A stretch of 56,701 nt of DNA from an uncultured Gammaproteobacteria bacterium. Its GTDB lineage: Bacteria; Patescibacteriota; Patescibacteriia; Magasanikbacterales; UBA922. The notes beneath the pieces were generated by a model. The model was given only the letters and a program-made list of their open reading frames with translations, was not told where the DNA came from and ran no database searches. The first letter of the stretch is position 1. Each line of letters opens with the position of its first letter. Shown here piece after piece: positions 48,706-56,701 of this stretch. The stretch spans positions 1 to 56,701 of the forward strand of contig CAZQHU010000006.1 of NCBI GenBank assembly GCA_964592785.1, given 5' to 3'. Both the position numbers and the translations under genes were made by a program.

Positions 48706-48827
48706 AATATCATGAAAACATTAAAACAAAAAAACATTAAAACAATTATAACATTTTTTAGTTTTTTTCTAAAACAAAAAACAGTCTTTCGACCGCTTGT
48801 TTTTATTTTTAAATTTTAAATTAAAAA

Positions 48828-49277
48828 TTATAAATTTTTTTTATTATTTTTAAATAATAAAAGTGTTACACCCCCCACAATCATTACATCTGCCAGATTT
48901 ATAATTCCAGTTAAGACTCGTAGGTAGTCTATAGTCACTCCAAATAAGATGCGGTCAATATAATTAGACAGGGCGCCAAGTATTATCAAATTTATTGCCA
49001 AGAACTTAGAACTCTGAATTTTGAACTCCGAACTTTTTACCAACCAAAAAATTAAACCTAATAAAATGAATGGTGTTACAAAAACAATTAACCAATTTGG
49101 CACTGGTAAAGAAAAAGCAATTCCTGTGTTGGCATAATATTCCCAACCCAACCAATTTTTCCAAAGATAAAAAGCTTGTTCTGGATTTAGACGAGCAAAA
49201 TATTTTAGTATTTGATCCAAACCAAACAAAAACCCGCTTATTAAAATATAAATTATTAAGCGGGTATTTTTATTCAT
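48828..49277 (-). CDS. lspA: Lipoprotein signal peptidase
   Basis: LDQILK, NTGIAFS, GALSNYIDR and INLADVMI motifs. Confidence 0.9.
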   Translation of the reverse strand: MNKNTRLIIYILISGFLFGLDQILKYFARLNPEQAFYLWKNWLGWEYYANTGIAFSLPVPNWLIVFVTPFILLGLIFWLVKSSEFKIQSSKFLAINLIILGALSNYIDRILFGVTIDYLRVLTGIINLADVMIVGGVTLLLFKNNKKNL

Positions 49278-49323
49278 AGTTTTATCAAGACCCATAAGCT
49301 ATTAGCTACGAGCTAAAAGTTAT

Positions 49324-49716
49324 TTAGACCTCTTGTGTCAGGGTTTTTTTGCATTCTACGCAAGCGCTGGAGGTTGGCCGAGCCAGTAATCTTTTTTCAT
49401 CAATGGAATGTCCACAATATTTACAAATGCCATAATTTCCTTTTTTCATTCTATCAATAGACTGGTTGACATCGCGTAATTCTTTTTCCAAAGCTAGTTC
49501 TAGCGGTTTATTGGTTGTATAAGCAGCAACTTCCATAGCATTTTCATCTTCCTTGTCTCCGTATTCAGGAAAAGTGGCATCATAGTCATCACTATCATGA
49601 GGGTTTTTTTTGGTGAATTTTTTTAGTTCGTTTTCTAAACGATTTTTTTCTTCTAGCAAGATTTTATTTATTTTTTCTAAAAAATCTTGTCCAAAAGCAT
49701 TTTGTTTCTTGTTCAT
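49324..49716 (-). CDS. dksA: TraR/DksA C4 zinc-finger protein
   Basis: YGICKYCGHSIDEKRLLARP..CVEC; promoter TTGACA-17-TACAAT at 49792-49764. Confidence 0.88.
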   Translation of the reverse strand: MNKKQNAFGQDFLEKINKILLEEKNRLENELKKFTKKNPHDSDDYDATFPEYGDKEDENAMEVAAYTTNKPLELALEKELRDVNQSIDRMKKGNYGICKYCGHSIDEKRLLARPTSSACVECKKTLTQEV

Positions 49717-49825
49717 ATACCTATATTTTAGCAGTTTTTTTAAAAAAGGTAAATAAGGATATTATTGTAGCCGATGTTATTATTTTTGTCAACCTACTCC
49801 TAATTAAATAATGGTTTTTTTGAAA

Positions 49826-49851
49826 AAAAGCAAATCCTGCCGAAGGCAGGA
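49826..49851 (-). terminator. Intrinsic terminator with a UUCG loop
   Basis: TCCTGCC-TTCG-GCAGGA-type stem followed by a T-rich tract on the minus strand. Confidence 0.65.
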
Positions 49852-49864
49852 ATTAATGGAGTAT

Positions 49865-50268
49865 AAAAAAAGGCGGATCGCGCCCTAGGTAATTGAATGG
49901 CTGACCGCCTTTACAGATCCCAGGGACGCGCCTATCAGGCAATCCCAGGGTTGAATCTTTGATTCAAGGCCTCGGAACGCCTGACTGGCAAGCCGTCTCA
50001 CAGGGACGGATCTTCCCTTTTACCACCCATGCTGGTGTTAGCTCCAAACGCTCACGGTTTTTTAGGCACGAAGCGCATTATCAGGAGTCACCAAAGGTTT
50101 CGGACTAGCTTTTGGATTTGTGGTTTTTACTTTTATTTTTGTTTTGTAAAACCTCCTAGTCACAAATTGTGCTATTAGCAGGAGTTAGTCCGAAAAATAG
50201 AGTAGTGAAAAGGGGACATGCTCCATCCGACGAGAGTCTGATAGAACATATTCTTTTTGTAATGATCT
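49865..50268 (-). ncRNA. Putative large structured ncRNA of unknown family
   Basis: Consensus promoter TTGACA-17-TATAAT (50303-50275), about 400 nt with many nested stems, terminal stem plus U-tract, no ORF with both RBS and start. Confidence 0.6.
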
Positions 50269-50350
50269 GGGTATATTATAACACATTTATGCACTTTTGT
50301 CAATAGTTGGCTTATTTTAGCAAAAAATGGCTTATTTTAGCCATTTTATC

Positions 50351-50486
50351 TGTGGATAAATGTATAGGATAGTATATACTTTTGGGTATTTATTATTAAT
50401 TTGTATATAACAATCTATACATTTATCCCCAATTTAGCTTATTAATCCCCAGACTTATCCACAGTTTGTATAGGATAGTGTATACA
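50351..50486. promoter_or_regulatory. DnaA-box cluster interleaved with TGTATA-N8-TATACA palindromes
   Basis: TGTGGATAA 50351, TTATCCCCA 50423, TTATCCACA 50455; palindromes at 50361, 50402 and 50467. Confidence 0.65.
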
Positions 50487-50588
50487 AATTAAACTAGCAA
50501 TATTCACGGATTTTCTATGATTTGAGTAATATTGTCAAAAAAGTAGATTTTGGTATAATATTAATATAATTAATTTATATAAAATAAT

Positions 50589-50870
50589 ATGAGTGATAGA
50601 TTATCTAGATTTGTTGATAATGGGAAAAAAGTTCCTCTTAAACCTGCTCCCATTGACAATTTAAACTACCCAAAGATTCCTGGTTCAGAAGAGCCATCCT
50701 TATTTAGTTTAAAAAAACAAGCTGAATCTCTTGAGAGGCAAATTGACAGACTAAGATTTAGGGGTGAGTCTGATTCATTGGAATTCAAGGCTTTGCAAAC
50801 TGAGTTGAGTGAATTGGAAAGACAAATAAGAGAATTAGAAGAGGGCAAAGCAATTAAAATGTTTTATTAA
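50589..50870 (+). CDS. Hypothetical protein with coiled-coil C-terminus
   Basis: 93 aa; upstream TGnTATAAT; downstream hairpin at 50874-50905. Confidence 0.65.
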   Translation: MSDRLSRFVDNGKKVPLKPAPIDNLNYPKIPGSEEPSLFSLKKQAESLERQIDRLRFRGESDSLEFKALQTELSELERQIRELEEGKAIKMFY

Positions 50871-50920
50871 AAAACCCGGCTTCGCTATGCTATGCCGGGT
50901 TTTTTGTTTATTGTAAAAGT

Positions 50921-51175
50921 TTATATTTTTTTTAATGAATCTAAATCAATTTCAAAATTATTGAAAGAATTTTTTAATAATTCTTTTGTTTTTTCAATTC
51001 CCAAGTTATAAATTTCTGGTCCAATATTTTCTAAAAAGAAATCTAGAATATTTTCTGCGGCTAAGACTCCAATTTCTTCGTCTCTTTGTTCTCTAAAAAA
51101 AGAAATTATTTTTTCAATATATAGTTTTCTTTTTTCATTTGGCAAGAAGTCCCAGGTTTTTTTGGTATTATTCAT
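50921..51175 (-). CDS. DUF2164 family protein
   Basis: EEIGVLAAENILDFF..IGPEIYNLG motif. Confidence 0.85.
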   Translation of the reverse strand: MNNTKKTWDFLPNEKRKLYIEKIISFFREQRDEEIGVLAAENILDFFLENIGPEIYNLGIEKTKELLKNSFNNFEIDLDSLKKI

Positions 51176-51180
51176 AATAT

Positions 51181-52266
51181 TTAATTTGCTATGTGAAAAT
51201 AAACTGTATCACCGTCTTTAACAATATAATCTTTTCCTTCCAATCTTAACTTTCCAGAAGTTTTGATACCAGACCAACCACCAAATTCTACAAAATCTTT
51301 CCAATCACAGACATCAGCTTTGACAAAGCCTTTGATAAAATCTGTATGAATTACTCCGGCTGCATCTGGAGCCGTGGTTCCCGCTCGTACAGTCCAAGCA
51401 CGAGTCTCTGGTTCACCACTAGTCAGAAATGTCACGAGATTTAAAAGTTTATAGCCAGCCATGATCAACTTATCTAAGCCTGTTTCATTCATTCCCAATT
51501 CTTTCAAATATTCTTTTGCTTCTTCTGGGCTTAGGTCAGCCAATTCAGCTTCTAGTTTGGCAGAAATTTCAATTTGTGGAATATTTTCATCTATTCTCAG
51601 ACTTTCTGACTTTGTAGACTTTTGACTTTGAACTTCGTCTATATTCACCACATACAGCATTGGTTTCATTGTCAGCAAGTGTAAATCTTTTACAATTTCC
51701 ATTTCATCCTCAGTAAATTCCAAGTTGCTGGCGAATTTTTCTGCTTCCAGACATTTAAAAATTTTTTCCAAAACATCAATTTGGTTTTTCATTTCTTTGG
51801 CGGCTGCGCCTTTGGCATCTTTTTTGGCATTGGCAAGTTTTTTGCTTACAGTTTGCATGTCAGCCAAAATCAATTCCAAATTAATAGTGAGAGCATCATC
51901 TTTCGGGTCTACTTTATTGTTAACATGAATAACATTGCTGTCAGAAAAATTTCTTACAACCTGAACAATAGCATCTACTTCGCGAATATGTGATAAAAAT
52001 TTATTGCCGAGTCCCTGCCCTTCGCTGGCGCCCTTGACTAGTCCGGCGATATCTACAAATTGGATGGCAGTAGGAATTATTTTTTTTGATTTGCTAATTT
52101 CTGCGAGTTTTTCCAGTCTTTCGTCCGGTACCTCAACTACACCAATGTTTGGATCAATGGTACAAAAAGGAAAATTTTGAGCATTGGCTTGTTTACTGCG
52201 AGTGAGAGCATTGAAAAGTGTTGATTTGCCAACATTTGGCAGTCCGACAATTCCGATTGAAAGCAT
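51181..52266 (-). CDS. ychF: Redox-regulated ATPase YchF
   Basis: GIVGLPNVGKSTLFNAL, NFPFCTIDPN, VDIAGLVKGAS and EGKDYIVKDGD motifs. Confidence 0.98.
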   Translation of the reverse strand: MLSIGIVGLPNVGKSTLFNALTRSKQANAQNFPFCTIDPNIGVVEVPDERLEKLAEISKSKKIIPTAIQFVDIAGLVKGASEGQGLGNKFLSHIREVDAIVQVVRNFSDSNVIHVNNKVDPKDDALTINLELILADMQTVSKKLANAKKDAKGAAAKEMKNQIDVLEKIFKCLEAEKFASNLEFTEDEMEIVKDLHLLTMKPMLYVVNIDEVQSQKSTKSESLRIDENIPQIEISAKLEAELADLSPEEAKEYLKELGMNETGLDKLIMAGYKLLNLVTFLTSGEPETRAWTVRAGTTAPDAAGVIHTDFIKGFVKADVCDWKDFVEFGGWSGIKTSGKLRLEGKDYIVKDGDTVYFHIAN

Positions 52267-52267
52267 A

Positions 52268-53674
52268 TTATATTTTCAAATTAAAAATTTCCAGTTTTTC
52301 CAAGAGAACTAGGGCGCTGAAAATACCAAAAAAAATAAAAATTAAAAACATGATTATTTTTCGCCAAAGTTTGGGTTGGAAAATTTTTGGCAAACTTTTG
52401 TGGTTCAAAATAGATACGAGAGCAATATGAATAAACATGGCAAAGGCATTGATCACTGCTCCAAGAACAATGAGAGTTTTTGGTTCATAAAAATTCAGGA
52501 GAAAAAGAATAATACCAAAAGCGATTTGCAACCAGAGAAAAATATAATATATTTTGGAAAGTTCAATAGGCTTGTCAGGGGTTTTGTTTAGTTTAATAAT
52601 CGCCGCATTTTCTGCCATGATCCTACTAGTGGAGTCCATTATTCCTAGCTGTGTTTGAAAGAGCATAACAGAAACTACCAACAAAAAAAGTGTACCCACA
52701 ATAGGAGTGAGTATTTTGCCAATAGCCAGGCCTTCATTGATGACAAAATTAATTCCTTGAGCATTTCCTTCCAAACCAAAAGTCGTGGAATAAGACAGAA
52801 GCATGAGTAGGAGCATGGAAAGACTGCCAATAAACCAAAATACCATTAAATGTTCCAGGTTAATTGTTTTCCACCAAGCTTTGAAGCTAGCAATGTTTTC
52901 TGGATTGTTGATATCAAATTCTTCCCCAGTAAGTTTTATTTTTTGTTTTTCTTTACTGCGAAATAGTCCAGCGATCTTTTGAGAATAATAGCCCATGCCA
53001 TAACCTTTTTCTTTGATGTAAATTGATTGTGTTAAATTTAAATTTCCACCGGCCCCAGAATAAGCAAAAGCTCCGAGAAAAGTTGCTAAAATAATTCCCG
53101 GTGGTAAAAACCAATAACCATCACCCAGACCAATTAGGCCTTTGCCAAGATCAACCAGACCAGTTTTGGAACTCAGAAATATTGCCAGAATAAAAATAAA
53201 AGGCACCCCCAGAAGAATTATTGTTTTGGTGATTTTTTCCATCATGCCATAAACAGTTTTGCCAATACTTAAAATCAAACCAATAATTATTAACAAAGCA
53301 ATCGCCAGCCATTTAAAATTTTCTATTCCTAAAACAGTTGCCAAAACTTTGGCTGAAGCCGCAATAATTCCTGGCAAGCCAAAGCCCACAAAAGTAGAAA
53401 GAATAAACCAAAAAGTGGCCCATTTAAAAATTTTGGCAATGCCAACAAAAACACTCTCGCCTTTTACTAGAGCATAACGTTCAATCTCCATGTTCATGAA
53501 AAATTGAAAAGTGATTCCGAGTACTGCACCCCAAACAATTCCCAAACCATAATTGGAAGAAAGATATGGCCAGAGAATAACTTCCCCTGATCCCAATCCT
53601 AAAGCCAAAATTACAAAACTCGGACCAAGAATTTTTTTGATGCTAAGAGATTTCGGAAAATTTTTTGTTGTCAT
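52268..53674 (-). CDS. Nramp-like transporter
   Basis: GPSFVILALGLGSGEVILWP motif, about 11 TM helices. Confidence 0.75.
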   Translation of the reverse strand: MTTKNFPKSLSIKKILGPSFVILALGLGSGEVILWPYLSSNYGLGIVWGAVLGITFQFFMNMEIERYALVKGESVFVGIAKIFKWATFWFILSTFVGFGLPGIIAASAKVLATVLGIENFKWLAIALLIIIGLILSIGKTVYGMMEKITKTIILLGVPFIFILAIFLSSKTGLVDLGKGLIGLGDGYWFLPPGIILATFLGAFAYSGAGGNLNLTQSIYIKEKGYGMGYYSQKIAGLFRSKEKQKIKLTGEEFDINNPENIASFKAWWKTINLEHLMVFWFIGSLSMLLLMLLSYSTTFGLEGNAQGINFVINEGLAIGKILTPIVGTLFLLVVSVMLFQTQLGIMDSTSRIMAENAAIIKLNKTPDKPIELSKIYYIFLWLQIAFGIILFLLNFYEPKTLIVLGAVINAFAMFIHIALVSILNHKSLPKIFQPKLWRKIIMFLIFIFFGIFSALVLLEKLEIFNLKI

Positions 53675-53733
53675 ATTATATTTATAATTTAAGACGCAAA
53701 CATTTGCGTCTTTTAATTATATCATATAAATCT

Positions 53734-53809
53734 TGGTGGACCTTAGCGGATTTGAACCGCTGACCTCTTCCATGCCATGGAAGCGCTCTACCAGCTAAGC
53801 TAAAGGCCC
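53734..53809 (-). tRNA. tRNA-Ala(GGC)
   Basis: G3:U70 pair; CTTCC-AT GGC AT-GGAAG anticodon arm; encoded CCA. Confidence 0.96.
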
Positions 53810-54059
53810 TTTGTGTGAAAAATTATACCAGATTGTTTTTGATTTGGCAAGGTTTATCAACTGCTTTATCTTTTTGTAATAAAAAAATATGAAAAAGTTT
53901 TTGGGATAGTTTAAATTGTTGCTGTTAAAATGTTTTTTAATTTGTTTATTATGTTAAATATAAATAATTATTTTACGACACTATTATTTATTATAAAATA
54001 GCTAATATATCAAATAAATAATAAAAATAACCTGAATAATCCCCTATTTTTCATAAAAT

Positions 54060-54213
54060 TGTTCTATGAGGAACAATACTATTAAAATATAAAAAATTGT
54101 TAAAATATTAGAATAGTAATTTAGATTTTAGTTTTTGTATTTTAATGTCTCAGTGGTTTGGTAATTTTGTATACAATAATCTATACAAATTAAAAAATGT
54201 TCTATGAGGAACA
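54060..54213. other. Two identical parS-like 16-mers
   Basis: TGTTCTATGAGGAACA at 54060-54075 and 54198-54213; 13/16 match to TGTTCCACGTGGAACA. Confidence 0.5.
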
Positions 54214-54241
54214 TTTTTTATGTATAAGCTATATTATACTT

Positions 54242-54315
54242 TGGTGGACCTAGGCAGAATCGAACTGCCGTCTCAGCAATGCGAATGCTATGTTCTACCA
54301 CTGAACCATAGGCCC
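54242..54315 (-). tRNA. tRNA-Ala(CGC)
   Basis: G3:U70 pair; TAGCA-TT CGC AT-TGCTG anticodon arm; encoded CCA. Confidence 0.93.
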
Positions 54316-54358
54316 TTTTGCTTGCCGGCCGTAGTTACTATTAAATAGGAACGAAAGC

Positions 54359-54433
54359 TGGTGCCCCCAGCATGAATTGAACACACATTTTGCCCTTAGG
54401 ACGGGCCTGTTCTATCCGTTGAACTATGGGGGC
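54359..54433 (-). tRNA. tRNA-Arg(CCT)
   Basis: GCCCCCA/TGGGGGC acceptor; GCCC-GT CCT AA-GGGC anticodon arm; encoded CCA; weak T-stem. Confidence 0.88.
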
Positions 54434-54482
54434 GTTATGAGGCTATATTTTATCATTATTTTTTATTTTGGCAAGAGGATAA

Positions 54483-55235
54483 CTAATGATTTTTTAAGTT
54501 ATTCCAAATAAAATTAAACATGAATCTTTGAGCTTGGACAATTTCCATGCTTTCTACCATGACAGCCACTAATTCTTGTTTTTGAGCGATAAAAATTACT
54601 TTACGTGGCAAAATATAAACACCAGAACCAAAAGCCTCCTGATAATTTTTGGATAAAAATTTTACTTCCCTTTTCAATTCCTCATTTCTTTTTTGATGAC
54701 TCAGGCCTTTTGCATTATAGTCAACTATTAATCTGGTTTTAATGCCACGGTCAGCGCGTCTTTGTAAAAATTTATTAAAATATTTTTCGTCCATTTTAAG
54801 CCAATCGCTTTCAGCGCTTAAAATATCGTATTCTTTTAGGTTTTTTTCTTTTAAGATCATTTCGTAAATTTGTTTTATACCATCTAAACCGCGATAAAAA
54901 CGTGCCAGAGGGCGGTGCTCGGCAGATTGGTAGAGCGCCAACAAATCCCCACCCACTTCTTTTATTAATTTTTCTCGTTCACTCATTTCTTCAATTATTT
55001 TTTTGGGATTTTCAATGGTATAGTGTTTTATTCTACCTTTTTGTATTTCTGTTACTAAATTTTTTCTTTCTAAACTTTTTAGTAAGCTATAGGTTGTAGT
55101 TCTAATTACTTCAGATTTTTGTGATATTTCCTGTCCACTGGCTACTCCTAATTCCAAAAGAGCCAAATAAACTTTAGTTTCTTTTTCGTCTAGACCATAG
55201 CCAATTAGCGCTTGTTTTAATTTATCTTGATCCAT
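54483..55235 (-). CDS. TrmB-family transcriptional regulator
   Basis: YGLDEKETKVYLALLELG..EISQKSEVIRTTTYSLLKSL wHTH plus a PLD-like effector domain. Start trimmed to MDQDKL. Confidence 0.88.
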   Translation of the reverse strand: MDQDKLKQALIGYGLDEKETKVYLALLELGVASGQEISQKSEVIRTTTYSLLKSLERKNLVTEIQKGRIKHYTIENPKKIIEEMSEREKLIKEVGGDLLALYQSAEHRPLARFYRGLDGIKQIYEMILKEKNLKEYDILSAESDWLKMDEKYFNKFLQRRADRGIKTRLIVDYNAKGLSHQKRNEELKREVKFLSKNYQEAFGSGVYILPRKVIFIAQKQELVAVMVESMEIVQAQRFMFNFIWNNLKNH

Positions 55236-55252
55236 AAGTAGATAATTATATT

Positions 55253-55366
55253 TTGACGAAAATTTCGTCAATTGCTATATTATAATTTTATCATAATATA
55301 GCAATTTTGTCAATTTTATATTTTTTTGTCTTAATTATTGACATTTTATTAAAATTATCTTATAAT
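55253..55366. promoter_or_regulatory. Divergent promoters with two palindromic operators
   Basis: Minus TTGACA-17-TAAAAT (55313-55285); plus TTGACA-17-TATAAT (55338-55366); IRs at 55270-55306 and 55253-55271. Confidence 0.7.
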
Positions 55367-55403
55367 GAATTGTTCGAAATTACTCGAACTGAGGGAGGGA
55401 ATT

Positions 55404-55625
55404 ATGTTTAAACGCATTCGCACTTTCTTTTCGAAGAGAGCTTGTAAACGCAAAGAATGTGAGCAAACATTGCTTGAGTGGAGGTACAAAAATTGGCGTA
55501 GTGAAGATTGGGAAAGGTATGAATACCAACAGACACAGTACGGTGAAGAGGAAGCCTTTCAAGATCTCTCCCGCGTGATCATTGTTTTTCTTCTCATGAT
55601 CCTTATTTGTTGGCTCTTTCAATAG
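55404..55625 (+). CDS. Small orphan protein with C-terminal TM
   Basis: 73 aa; RBS GAGGAGGGG; consensus promoter. Confidence 0.7.
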   Translation: MFKRIRTFFSKRACKRKECEQTLLEWRYKNWRSEDWERYEYQQTQYGEEEAFQDLSRVIIVFLLMILICWLFQ

Positions 55626-55727
55626 CCTACCTGGCGGCGCTTTAAATTGCCAGGATTCCACAACGCGCGTGTTGTAAGAAACAAAAAAGATCTCATTGAA
55701 TTGAGACTTTTTTGTTTATAAAATTAT

Positions 55728-56126
55728 TTATAGTTTTATACCTTTACCCCTTTGTTCTTCCAAATAAATTAAATAGGTCCAATATTCCTGAACTTTGGCT
55801 AGATACTCGGTCATGGCAGTTTTTAGTTCAGTCAAATTTGGTGGGAATTTATCAACCACCTGTTCATATTCTTTTTTAGCTAACTCTAGTAAATATTGGA
55901 TACTTATGGCTTCATTTAAAGTGGGTTTTTTACCGCTAGTAGCTACAATAAGGTCAACCCCAGACTGAAGATTAGACAAGGATGTTTCCAGAGCAAGTAT
56001 TTGTGCATATTCGCCAATCAAAAATCCTTCCTCATCTTTGGGCATTTGGGCGATAAGTTCTCTAACTCTGCTTAAGTTTGGCGGAAGAGCAAATAGAGTG
56101 TCTCTTCGTGGATCTTTTTCTGACAT
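55728..56126 (-). CDS. Hypothetical helical protein
   Basis: 132-aa ORF; no recognised motif. Confidence 0.65.
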   Translation of the reverse strand: MSEKDPRRDTLFALPPNLSRVRELIAQMPKDEEGFLIGEYAQILALETSLSNLQSGVDLIVATSGKKPTLNEAISIQYLLELAKKEYEQVVDKFPPNLTELKTAMTEYLAKVQEYWTYLIYLEEQRGKGIKL

Positions 56127-56205
56127 ATTTATGGTAATAATTTTATAATAGCTTAATATTTTTTAATTTGCAAATAAAGGGGGAAAAAGGTAGAATGTAA
56201 GCACT

Positions 56206-56701
56206 ATGCAAACAACTTTACTTATAATTATTTCACTAGGTTTTATTGGCGCGGTAGTCTTGCTATATATAATGTATAAAAAATTGAGTGAAATTCAAAA
56301 ACCCAAAGAAGGTGACCAAAATTTATTTGTCATGTTACAAAACCAAATTCAAGATTTGACTCGCATGGTAGATCAAAAAGTAACAGACACGCACAAAGTG
56401 GTCATGGATAATCAATTGCATTTAAATAACACCATGCAATCACAATTTAATCAGAGTACAAAAATTATTACTGATGTTACCGAACGTCTAACTAAGCTTG
56501 ACGAAACAAATAGACAAGTAGTGGGTGTAGCCGAGCAACTGCAAGGATTAGAAAATGTTCTTAAAAATCCCAAGCATCGTGGCGTTTTGGGGGAATATTT
56601 TTTGGAAAATGTGTTGAAAAATGTGATGCCACCTGGTAGCTACGAGATGCAATACAAATTTTCCGACGGTGATATTGTCGACGCCGCGATTTTTGTCAAA
56701 G
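56206..56701 (+). CDS. rmuC: DNA recombination protein RmuC (5' partial, not in the ORF track)
   Basis: N-terminal TM, coiled coil and LKNPKHRGVLGEYFLENVL..YEMQY..DAAIF motif; runs off the window end. Confidence 0.93.
   Translation, partial: MQTTLLIIISLGFIGAVVLLYIMYKKLSEIQKPKEGDQNLFVMLQNQIQDLTRMVDQKVTDTHKVVMDNQLHLNNTMQSQFNQSTKIITDVTERLTKLDETNRQVVGVAEQLQGLENVLKNPKHRGVLGEYFLENVLKNVMPPGSYEMQYKFSDGDIVDAAIFVK

Noticed and set aside
49865-50268. Assignment of the structured RNA to tmRNA, RNase P RNA, SRP RNA or a cobalamin riboswitch
   Set aside because: It has no tRNA-like ends or T-loop, no GAGGAAAGUCC P4 motif and no SRP helix-8 motif. TAAAAGGGAA is not followed by the rest of the B12 box.
53810-54240. 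Protein-coding gene in the AT-rich gap between tRNAs
   Set aside because: Only very short ORFs are present; the region is better explained by promoters and binding sites.

Overview
A 56.7-kb AT-rich chromosomal segment around the replication origin of a small-genome bacterium. It is most likely Patescibacteria/CPR (Parcubacteria-like); this is inferred from the VirB2/TrbC-like pilin array, the unlinked 23S gene with insertions and the extended ribosomal proteins. TGA is used as a stop, so the code is standard code 11. Core content is the 5' end of a stand-alone 23S rRNA, six tRNAs plus a tRNA-Leu-like fragment, rpsO-NYN-pnp, rpiB-rpe-trxB, a Xer-type recombinase, an 11-gene pilin array with type IV minor pilins, tig, dnaN-oriC-dnaA/rpmH-rnpA-yidD, mscL, recA, ftsK, hppA, an M23/LysM protein, comM, lspA, dksA, ychF and partial rmuC. 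The strongest non-routine signals are: (1) a three-gene integron-like cassette array (1701-3831) with attC-type sites and no integrase, whose genes are each boxed by their own long inverted repeats, one gene lying inside an attC loop; (2) a promoter- and terminator-bounded, about 400-nt, GC-rich, highly paired RNA with no evident ORF (49865-50268); (3) a four-helix-bundle (IVP/Avd-like) gene inside a heptamer-repeat inverted-repeat element, with gene-less copies elsewhere and related short-period repeats written in-frame into housekeeping proteins; (4) one palindromic repeat family found in 23S rRNA, a coding sequence and intergenic DNA; (5) a second DnaA-box cluster with an unexplained TGTATA-N8-TATACA motif, and parS-like sites. 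All calls come from reading the sequence by eye; no database searches or folding programs were run.
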